Positions 22,003 to 32,290 of a stretch of 64,000 nt of DNA are shown here, one piece after another (position 1 is the stretch's first letter; every line of letters begins with the position of its first letter). The notes below the pieces were generated by a model. That model saw only the letters and a list, made by a program, of their open reading frames with translations. It had not been told where the DNA came from and made no database searches. The stretch is from the NCBI GenBank assembly GCA_028534125.1, contig CM052817.1:96102001-96166000 (forward strand). Reading direction: 5' to 3'. The translations under genes and the position numbers were made by a program. The stretch comes from Lama glama. Taxonomy: Eukaryota.

Positions 22003-22944
22003 AGCAATATATTCGGCGGGCTGGATGAGAGTCTGCTGGCCCGCGCCGAGGCTCTGGCGGCGGTGGATATCGTCTCCCAGAGCAAGAGCCACCACCATCA
22101 CCCGCCCCACCACAGCCCCTTCAAGCCGGACGCCACTTACCACACCATGAATACCATCCCGTGCACGTCGGCTGCCTCCTCTTCGTCGGTGCCCATCTCG
22201 CACCCGTCTGCGCTGGCAAGCACGCACCACCACCACCATCACCACCACCATCACCACCATCAGCCGCATCAGGCGCTTGAAGGCGAGCTGCTGGAGCATC
22301 TGAGTCCCGGGCTGGCTCTGGGTGCTATGGCGGGCCCCGACGGTGCCGTGGTGTCCACTCCAGCTCACGCGCCGCACATGGCTACCATGAACCCCATGCA
22401 CCAAGCTGCGCTCAGCATGGCCCATGCACACGGGCTGCCCTCACATATGGGCTGCATGAGCGACGTGGACGCCGACCCCCGGGACCTGGAGGCATTCGCC
22501 GAGCGCTTCAAGCAGCGACGTATCAAGCTGGGGGTGACCCAGGCCGATGTGGGCTCCGCGCTAGCCAACCTCAAGATCCCCGGCGTGGGCTCGCTTAGCC
22601 AGAGCACCATCTGCAGGTTCGAGTCCCTCACGTTGTCTCACAACAATATGATCGCCCTCAAACCCATCCTGCAAGCGTGGCTAGAGGAGGCTGAGAAGTC
22701 TCACCGCGAGAAGCTCACCAAGCCGGAGCTCTTCAACGGCGCTGAGAAGAAGCGCAAGCGCACGTCCATTGCGGCGCCGGAGAAGCGCTCGCTCGAAGCC
22801 TACTTCGCCATCCAGCCGCGGCCCTCCTCCGAGAAGATCGCCGCCATCGCGGAGAAGCTGGACCTTAAGAAAAACGTGGTGCGCGTCTGGTTCTGCAACC
22901 AGAGGCAGAAACAGAAAAGAATGAAATATTCCGCGGGCATTTAG
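22003..22944 (+). CDS. POU4F2: POU4F2 coding exon 2 (313 aa): His12 tract, POU-specific domain, POU homeodomain
   Basis: His12 at 22225-22260; POU-S DVDADPRDLEAFAERFKQRRIKLGVTQADVG.. at about 22462-22695; homeodomain KKRKRTSIAAPEKRSLEAYF..VVRVWFCNQRQKQKRMK at 22747-22926; C-terminus KYSAGI and TAG are diagnostic of POU4F2. Confidence 0.98.
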   Translation, partial: SNIFGGLDESLLARAEALAAVDIVSQSKSHHHHPPHHSPFKPDATYHTMNTIPCTSAASSSSVPISHPSALASTHHHHHHHHHHHHQPHQALEGELLEHLSPGLALGAMAGPDGAVVSTPAHAPHMATMNPMHQAALSMAHAHGLPSHMGCMSDVDADPRDLEAFAERFKQRRIKLGVTQADVGSALANLKIPGVGSLSQSTICRFESLTLSHNNMIALKPILQAWLEEAEKSHREKLTKPELFNGAEKKRKRTSIAAPEKRSLEAYFAIQPRPSSEKIAAIAEKLDLKKNVVRVWFCNQRQKQKRMKYSAGI

Positions 22945-24665
22945 GAGACCCATGACCTCTCGAGAGACAGGCCCCTCCTCACCTCTTTTTCTCTCTCTCT
23001 CTCTCCTGCCTCTTTTCTTTCCACTTTCCGCGATCAAAAACAAGTCCAGTGAATGTGAATCCAGAGAAAGCGAGGATTGGAGAGCAAGCGAACAAGCGAG
23101 CAACTGAGCCCAAGACCGATGAGAATGTGAAACGATTTCTCAAAGGAAAGAAAAACAAAAGAAGGGATTTGTCAAGTTGTAGCAAAGGTGTCCCTTTCGA
23201 CCCCACCCCACCCGGAGAAGGCACGTTGGCCTCTTCACAGGAAGTCTGGAGCTGGCTGTTTGCAGGAAGGCAGACGAGACAGCCTTTTAAAAGGCCCCCA
23301 GAATGATCAAGTAAGATTTGTTTTTATTCCTAAAGACATCACCCTTGTTCAAGTTTAAAAGTACACTTTGCAGCTATTTTTCAGAAATAGAAATTGATTC
23401 AGGACTGAAACTTTAAACTAGAGTTGATGCTTAATGTGATAGAGACATCTCTAAAGTATTTTGAATTTTAAAAAAAGATGGCAGATTTTCTGCATTTACA
23501 CTGTATATTATATATATATTTTTATTGTGGTTCCTACCCCCTCTTTCCTTCTCTGAAGTGTTAATGCTTAAGAAAGGAGTTGCGCCTGCTGTGTTCACTG
23601 ATCTTGAAAGCTATTATTAGATTATTGCTGAACAACCCTCTGTAAATTATTAATTTATCTCTCTAGCAACTTAATTTGTGCACATTCTAATTAATTAAAC
23701 TTCTTTAGTCTTAAAAATGGGGTAAAGTATGGCTAGTGAAGTTAATTTTTTTATGTTTGATAAGTTTACTGAATTTTTACAGCTTTCCTCTTATACTGTA
23801 TTCCTTTTAGCCCATTTGTATATTCTCACTTTGAATGAAGATTGTTTTTCCTTTGTTTTTACTGGTAGTGTTCTGATTTGTGAGTCGACACTCAGTAATG
23901 GACGTCTTAATCGTGTAGACCTGATTCACTGTCCAAAGTATTGTTTACTTCGTTACATATTTAATGGGGATTCCCACATTGTCCCTGCTACACACGCGCT
24001 CTCTCACTCACCCTTACACACACACACACACACACACACAGGCACACGTACACACACCTCTAATGAAAGAGAAGAACTCAAGCAGTTGGAAGCATGACTG
24101 TGATGCATCATTTTCTAGCTTTAGGTGCATTTGTCACTTGGTGTTCGCCTTTCCAGATTCTAAGATTTCACCAAGGTATTTCAGTCTTCTAGTTTTCAAT
24201 TGCTTTGTTGACTACATTGTAACATTTACAAGAATCCTTCAGTTTTTCCTTTTGGAGGTTTGTTTGTAGAAAAACTAATTTGAACTATAAGAAAAGACAG
24301 TGCACTGCTTGTAAATTCACATTGTTTGGTAGAATTCTTTTGGAACAAAAAAAATTAGGTACGTGATGACTGGTACCTTATCTATTGTAAATAGTTCATT
24401 CAAAATGCACATATAGATATATTCTTACAAATTTTGCTGTATTGCTGTTCCCTTTAAGGCTCTCCGAAGTCTTGAGTTCTGTATATGACCTGGTTTCTTG
24501 TTTTTGTTAATAGATGGTTTATTTACTATGGTAATGTATTAACTTATTTTTGGTGTTGTTTGATTGTCTTTCATTGAAAAGATGATTTTAATGTTTTATT
24601 GGCAAAGTATGCTGCTTTTTTCATTAAAATATGCTATTAAAATTAAATGGCTTCTAAAATGTGAT
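22945..24665 (+). other. POU4F2: POU4F2 3' UTR (inferred)
   Basis: AU/U-rich repeat-poor sequence after the stop codon, ending at an ATTAAA cluster. Confidence 0.7.
24016..24057. repeat. (CA)n microsatellite in the 3' UTR
   Basis: Read directly from the sequence. Confidence 0.9.
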
Positions 24666-24675
24666 GTTGTTTTTA
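24623..24675 (+). terminator. Polyadenylation signal cluster
   Basis: ATTAAA at 24623, 24636 and 24642, then GU/U-rich GTGATGTTGTTTTT. Confidence 0.65.
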
Positions 24676-25189
24676 ATCATTTACATGGGAATAATTTTGA
24701 TGGGAGATTTTTTAAAAGCAGAAACACATTTGATGGTTTATTATGGACTGGTTGTTGTCAAAGTCTGACTTGGATTTAGTAGGAGATGTTTCTCTAGGAA
24801 AGTATGAAAGAAGAGAGTTTAGAATAGCCTTCTAATAGCTAGAGCTCATCTCAGGGGTGCTTTGCTTTTCTGCCTAGATGAGATCACAATATTTGGCTCC
24901 GGCTACCTCCCTTAGATTCCTTTCTCTAGATCTGAAAAATTCTGCAAAGAAAATCTTTGTGAGCAGAGATATTGCTTGGGTAAAAGGAAGAAAGGAACTC
25001 AGTTCAGTTATCAGTAGCACTGGGAGACTGGGTGTGGCAAGAGTCAAGGCCTGGTTAGGGGAGTAAGACACCTTGATTGAGGCCTAGGGGCTGACCCACC
25101 ATAGTTCTCAATTCAGTTACCACTCCTGGAGAGCAGTGCCCCAAAGCCAGAGCAGGAAGCATTTGGGTTACTAATTACAAATTAAAGCA

Positions 25190-25221
25190 TCTCTCTCTCT
25201 CTCTCTCTCTCTCACTCTCTC
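25190..25221. repeat. (CT)n microsatellite
   Basis: Read directly from the sequence. Confidence 0.9.
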
Positions 25222-26098
25222 CATTTCCATGATCTTTAAGGAAACTCACATTCTGCAATAGGCAGAGTAGGGCTGAGGAAGAAATCCTGGGTGATTAAAA
25301 GGAGCAAAATTGTGTCCTCTTTCTATGACTCACCCAGACACCAGAGTTGGTGGAAGTCTGTCTACAGGTAGTTTGGCAAAGTAATTCTGCCCATTTGATA
25401 CACTGAGTTTTCTTTTTCTGATCTTAGTTTAAAGGATCCTCACTAATTTTAATAATTTTCAGACTTCCTACAACAGTTGGGCAACATATTAAATTTTCAA
25501 AGTTTTCTTCAGGATTTAGATATTTACATTATTAATAATGAGAACATCATATTAAACTATAGGTCCTACAGGAGGGAGGAGCCGGGCCATCCTCTACAGG
25601 TAATTCTGCTAACCTGAGCTCTTAACCCTCTAATATGAATCTGCCTTGGGATATTTCTTATTTTGAGGATGAGATTAGGAAATAGCCCACGAGTCAGTGA
25701 AAATTGTTATAAGGGTTCAAGTTGGGATTAAATGTTATTGGAAAATTGATTATGATTTCCAGGTGTAACAAAAAGAGTTGTGAAAGTTGGATGGATAATG
25801 GGTGGAGGGACTTCCTTCTCTACCGCTGAAATAAAAAGGACTCCTGAAAAAACAAAATCCATATGTCCATTTAGAAATAATGATATACATTGCATAGACA
25901 GCTAAGAAAATACAGAAAGTTGTGAAAATTTAAAAGAAAGAATTGTAACTTCATATATACTGATAGTGATGGTTTAATTCTATTTCTCTGTTTAGGAGGC
26001 CGAATGTCCCTTCTTCCACTTTACCCCCTGTTATTAGACTCAGTTTTCTTAAGTCTTTTCAGAGAGCCAGCCCCCAATCTCATTGTATGGGATACTGT

Positions 26099-26119
26099 TT
26101 CAGCACCACGGATAGTAAC
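26099..26119 (+). promoter_or_regulatory. RE1/NRSE-like site downstream of POU4F2
   Basis: TTCAGCACCACGGATAGTAAC; first 14 nt match the consensus exactly, 17/21 overall. Confidence 0.6.
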
Positions 26120-28477
26120 CACACGACTCATTTTTGTTCCAACAACACGTTTGACCCTGCAGTTCTAGCTAGTTGGAGAACTTTCTGCTTGCTTAGTTTT
26201 TCTGGAGTGGAGAAAGTGAATTAAATAGCTTGAATGTGTAGCAAATCAGGCTTTCTGATCTAGAATAAAAATTATCTTCAATAAATAACTCCTCCTCCTT
26301 CCCACAAGTGGCTGTTAGCTAAGGGTCTAGGAGATGTATGTTAGGAGGGAGGAGAGTCAGGGAGGAGACAGAGGTGTGTGCTTGTGTTTTCTTTCTACAG
26401 ATATGACATCTTTAACTGAAGTGAGAAATCCTGTAAAAATAGTTGAAATTGAGAAATACAATGGATAGAAATAAAATAGGTGTTCTTTTTAGTGCATTTT
26501 GAGATGTATGGTAGCTTGCATGTATGCATGTTTGTCCTAGATTTTTGTGAGGAAAGTGACAGAAAAGCAACTATCCATTTACTTCAACAGTTGACAGTGA
26601 AGCCCTATATCCTCCCCATCCCAACCACATTCACCGAGTGTTCTTTGTCTCCTGTGTTCCTGGACTTTTAAAACTGTATCACACTCTAAGTTCCTCTTCC
26701 TTATGTTCTTACAATGGTTAGAAAAAAAAACTTTCTTTACTACGAGATAGTAATTATATCCATTATTCAAGCCTGCTTAAATGTGTTTGTTTTATGGGGA
26801 AAGAAGAATTTTAAAAAGAAATGTATTCTGAAAGTTTCTATTAATGCTAGTTGCAAAACATACCAAAACAAACCATAGAGATATGGAGAGAAGAGGATTG
26901 GTCTTAAAGAAGAAATTAAAGGTAAGGCTAGAAGAAACTGTGTATATATTGTTGAGAAATACCCATTTGATACTGGCTTTCAAAACACTTAGATGGATAA
27001 ATAGCAAACTGTGGTGGAAGGTACTTGTCATATCAATCAAATCCATTGGCATTCATGACTCCTTTCCTAAATTTCCCCCCTCAAGGTTCACAATTACTAT
27101 TTTATTCCAAAAAGATCTTTTATGAATTGACTTAGCAGCATGCCTAGTCTTCCTTATTCTGATGTTGCAGAACTATATAATTTGTTTTCTTTTAACTTCT
27201 TTAAAGGCAAATGATCCAATCTTTTTGTTCAAAGTAGAATCATTTAAGTGTAAGCTGGAAGGGAATAAGTGACTAATAGCAAAGATCATGTAAGGCCTGG
27301 TTGATATCTAAGTAAGTACTCTTTACACCAATTGGGTTATAATGTTATCTGGAAAAAATGCAATTTTCTTTAGATGTTTGTCATTAAATCAGTTGGTCAG
27401 CTCTTTATAGATTGTTTCATTGACCCAGAGCTGAGGAAAAATAGTGGAACTATGAAAAAGCAAATGAAATAATTCGGATTTTCAGTCAATGTAACACTTC
27501 CCTATTTTCTATACAATGTATTTTAAAAATAAATAACAATAAGTAACTAAGTACTTTGGCTATCAAAGACATATTTTGTGACTCTCTTTGGAATTCTGGA
27601 GGTAAAAATGCTTTACTTTATACTTTAAATGAATCATTTCATTTTGATCTATCTAGTGGGGAAGTGCTTGAAGAGATAGTGGAAAAGGCATTTAGAAATT
27701 CACTTGATTTTAAAAGGCATATTGTTCAAAAGATAAAGCTCAAATTTTTCTATGCAAGCTATGACATTAAGTTTATAGATTCATCTTTTCAATTGTTTGG
27801 CAAAAAGAATTTTTATCTCTAGGTAAATGGTCCACGTTAGAACTTAAAACTCCACTTGATTTTTCAGTTGGCCTTGAAGGGAGGGGCTACAACAGAAGGA
27901 AAAAAAAGTTGGATTGGTATCCTGATAGGATAAAAAAGGAAGACAAAGGTTCCTGGATAGTTATGATGATAGAAATGTTCCTGAAGTCTACATTTGTCAG
28001 GAGACAGATTTATGACAATGAGAAAAAAATCGCTAAATTTTGCCTGCTTTGCCCCTTTAAAGGAGCCATTCCCAGTCCTGAAAGGCTATTATGAGCGAAT
28101 TAATAAATTACACAGCGAATTATTAAATCCAGATAATTACAAGGAATAAGTAAGTAATCATTAGTTATCTCAGCTAATTACTGTGGGTCACAGCCAGCCG
28201 GAATGTGAAATCCTCCTCGGGAATTGAAATTAACTTTGCACAGTGAGTCTCTCTGCTTGACATCCCCAGTCTGTAGGCACATGGCAGCTCCCTTGTGAGC
28301 CAGTCTTTCTATTTAACTTGGAGAGAATAGAAATAAAATTAAGTGGTGATGTGATAATAGGGAGCTGCTCACAAAGCAAACTGTGGGTTTTACTCTGCCT
28401 GGAGATGAAAAGCTTTATTTACACCAGTTTCAAAAAATGTTGACGCACCCTTGTTGAGACAGGCTTCCGGAATACAC

Positions 28478-28478
<1 letters not shown>

Positions 28479-28512
<34 letters not shown>

Positions 28513-28581
28513 CTACAGTCGTCTAGTGTGACAGTCAGATTAGTAGCACATAAAGAAGGCTCAAGAAGAACAGACGTTTTG

Positions 28582-28617
<36 letters not shown>
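28479..28617. repeat. Inverted microsatellite pair (AC)16 and (GT)17
   Basis: 28479-28510 and 28584-28617. Confidence 0.95.
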
Positions 28618-28618
<1 letters not shown>

Positions 28619-29639
28619 TGTGCTGGGGGTGCAGCAGTGAGAAAGAAAGAAATAAAGTGAAAATATGACTCTTTGCTTTCATCCCACACAGTGGAAAGGC
28701 TGTCGAAAAGTGTAGCTTGGTCTTATAATCTGTTTGTTTTGTTTGGGTAACAATATACTTTCATCTTGCCACAGGAAAAACCACCTTAGTGCAAATGTTG
28801 TCTCTCGTTGATCTTTTGCCAGATGCTTCAAGAACTGATGTCACCTTTTTTCCCCAAATAGCATTTCTGAAGCCAGTCTCTAATACCCTTCTCCCCCTTC
28901 AACTTCCCCCACCCCCAGGCCTTCTCAAAGGGCAGAGAAGACAGCCAAGCCTGGTGCCTGTTGGAAAGTAGAAACTGTATCTGTGTGATAAACTGTATTT
29001 ATCACAGGGCTGGGAAAGACTGGACATACGAAGAAAACTGGTCTTAATATATTAAAATGAGGGGGGAAATCTAAGAGCTTTTTTTTTTTTATCAATTGCA
29101 ATTAGATGGACAGTCTTTCCGCTCATTCCTTGCTCTAGTCTGGGATGATAATAAAAATTTAATGAAGCCTGGGACGAGCAGAGAGCTCTGTCTAGGGACC
29201 GTGGAATAGAATATTTTAACTGTACATTTATACCAACTGTCTGGCTTCAAAGACGTGACTGCTTTTAATCTCGAATTAGAAAACCACAGACCTGAAATTA
29301 AATATTAGATACCCTCGGATCCCCTTCCTTTCTGAAATATTGTCACGACTCTGTTTTCCTCCACTGGCCCGTAACACACATATCGTAGGTCTCCAATTAC
29401 ATTTCCGTGAATAATAGATGGCTTTGATAGGGTGCAGTATTCTGGTGCTTTTGTTTTTTTTAATAGAGTTAATGCAATATTAATTGGCTGTAGATGTTAT
29501 AAGAATGCATAGCCCCCTTTTCAGGAACAAATCGATGACATAGGGATGTGAGAGAGAGAGAGAGCCAAGGCGAAGGCTCTTCCCAGCCTAGGTCACTTCT
29601 TTGTGGAGGGGACATTCTTAGAGCTTTGGGTAAGTGAAG

Positions 29640-30850
29640 GGGCGCCTTAAGTTCCGAGACCCCGGCTGCCTGGTCTCGGCAGCCTGGAGAGAGGACTACC
29701 GGTAAGGGCGGAGGTAGAAAAAGAACAGTGAGTGTGAGAAGCAGGACCTGGGGACAGCGACCGCCGAGAAGCTTTCCTCGCTTTTCAAGGCTGAGGCTTC
29801 TCGCCCGCCTGGTCGGTTCTGGCGGTGGGAAGACATCAAGATCTTTGCACCCACCCTCTGGCTTACCATCACTTGGTACCCGCTGGCCTTGATGTGCCTG
29901 CAAGCCTCAACTTCCCCCTGCTCCAGGTCGGGGTGCACGTTGGTGAGAACCTGGTTGGGAGAGGGTGAGTGTTAAGGTCCATCGCGCTGGGGTGTGGGGA
30001 GGCGAGCCGCCCTCCGCGCTGGACAAGCTCGCCCCGGCCCCGCGTTCCCCTAGAGCCCGGGGGAGCAGGCGCCTTGCCAGGCGCGCCGCCGGGAACCCGC
30101 GAGAATGAGAGGCCTGGGCGCTTCACCCCCTTGCATTTTACTAATCACATCTATTTAAATTCTAGCGCGGTCCGCCGCGCTCTCACCGGGAAAGCTCTGG
30201 AGAACTGGACCCATCAATTATTCTGAAAAAATCCCAGACTACGTGAGGCTTCCAGCCTGCGGGAGGGAGGCGGCGGGAGGAGGTGGAGAACCTAGCCCCA
30301 ACCCCTCTCCCCTCCTCTCCGCCCTCCCCAGCGCGGATCCCTTGGTGTACACTTAACTTCAGGCTTGTAGGGCCCAAGGGAGCGCCTGCGCCTTCTGAGG
30401 GTCTGCGCTCTCTGAACCGGGAGGGGACCTGGCCTCGATTTGCCTTCCATCCTCGAAGAAAGGTTTCAGTCCCGTGCAGCCAGAGGAGACGAATCACTGT
30501 TTCCTGGGCTGCTACCCACTTCGGCATCGACCCCCATCCCTCACTTTTTGCCAGGTGCCTAATGTGGGCCGAGTGGTTGAGGGCTGCTAGGCTTGGAGCA
30601 GTCTCTGCTCAGCCTTCCTTTGCGCCAAGGCCCTGCAAGGGTGAGACCTTGGGGACATTCTAGTTCAGAAGCCTTTTAGGAACCTCGATCTAAAGTCCTC
30701 TAGCACTCACCCCCACCCCCCACCCCATTCAGGCTCCAGGATGCCCCGAGGCCGAGCAGCCAGCCGAGCGCGCAGCTGGACGCGCAAAAAAGAACGCGGT
30801 CGCTCTAAAGTAGGGGGGCGGGTGAGCCTGGTTAGTAATTACTGCCCCCC
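29640..30850. promoter_or_regulatory. Downstream CpG island
   Basis: High GC and many CpGs; no credible ORF. Confidence 0.7.
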
Positions 30851-31779
30851 TCCGCCCCCACCCCCGCACTGGGTCTACAGCCATTACTCCAGCTGTCACT
30901 TGGCGGAAAGCAAGAGCCCTTCCCCACCCCCAGACTTTGCTGTAGCTAACAGAAGCCCCCCTCACCCTCTCATAGTGTCTGAGTCGTGATTCTTAAATTT
31001 TTGTTATAATTTTTCAAAAATAGTTCTTCCTTCCTCTTTCCCTTAACCTTCCCATCTTCTGGACCCTGGGAGGGTATTCAAAGTGTTATTTGTGTCTATT
31101 GATGACTTTTAAAAAATTCGATGGGTAGGTTCTCTTGTAGCTTCTAGGTTTCCCTGAATAATTTGAGGCAACAAGAAAATGAGAAGTATGTGTCCAATAT
31201 TTTTTAAAGAAAGCCCACTGGCTTCTGGAATTCTTGTAAGATGTTGAAGTCGTCCTGTTAATCAATGGAGTAAGATTTAGGGGAAAAAACACAAGTAACT
31301 GATGGATTTGTAAGTGATTGAAGGGCATAAATCGACACCCTTTGCATGAGTGGCTGGGGCAGTGCTTGTATTCTTGGAAGGCCTGTTGGACTCGGAGGAT
31401 GCTGGGCTCGCTGGGAGACGGAGGGTTAACACACACAGAGCCAGAGAGTCTGACTTTCCCAGTGGGCCCCCAGGGCTTTGCTAAATGGCAGTCTGCATCT
31501 CTGAGCATTTTGGTTAAATGGGGTGGAGGCTCCCTGATTTCTAGAAACAGAGTAGGTCCTTGGTTTGTGGGGGTTATTGGCCTGGGTGTGCAAGGTGATG
31601 GAGGTGAAGGTGAGGGAGGGAGGGAATCCCTTTTGGAAAAAAAAAAGATCACTTTCAAGTTCCAAGTTCAACAGCAGTCTGGGGCCCAGATATGTAAGCG
31701 TAGATTTCACAGGAAGGCTCCTGACCCTTGCCAAGAATAGATGCCTTTTCTGCTCCAATCCTAGGTGAGCCTAATCACT

Positions 31780-32290
31780 TTGCAGCGTGGGGGAGGCACA
31801 CAGCCCGCCAGAGTACACGGAGCCTCCGCGGCCTTGGCCTGAAGCTACGGATCAGAAGAGAAGTGGCGACCCTCTACTTCATCTACGGCATCTTCCTCGC
31901 TACTGGTCATCCGGGTAACACACGCACAGATGGACATTCACAAACCAACACACAGGTAGACTCGGAGCCATTCCCTGAGGCCCGCTTGCCTTGGTGAAAC
32001 TTTTCAAACTCACTCAAAGTCTCTCCTTCTTAGTCTATTCAAGACACGCAATTCGCCTGGGAAAGTGCTTGAGACTCCGGGCGGCGTGCCTTTTGTTAGT
32101 GCACCGCCGGGCTTTGACCTTCTGTTGGCCACAGGTGTCTTTCCTTCACGTCCGGCCTCTATACAGAGCTCGAAGACAGTGTCTCTGGAGCAGACCTCTG
32201 GCTGCAAAGTGGAAGCAGTCTGTGACTCCCAGGGAGGACGCGAGGACCCGGCCTGCCGCTGCGCTCCGAGGGGGTGGGAGGCTGGAATTA
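31780..32290. promoter_or_regulatory. Weak CpG-rich patch
   Basis: Locally elevated CpG. Confidence 0.45.

Larger units (their letters stand above)
19150..22940. promoter_or_regulatory. Large CpG island covering the POU4F2 promoter and gene body
   Basis: Very high GC and CpG density from the promoter through exon 2. Confidence 0.85.

Noticed and set aside
21715..22944. The 409-aa single-exon ORF as the main POU4F2 CDS
   Set aside because: Its first 96 codons are intronic; the canonical protein uses exon 1 (21251-21535) spliced to 22003. Kept only as a speculative isoform.
21883..23103. Antisense ORFs (182, 88 and 140 aa) over exon 2
   Set aside because: Shadow ORFs from GC-rich codon usage on the opposite strand; no recognisable domain
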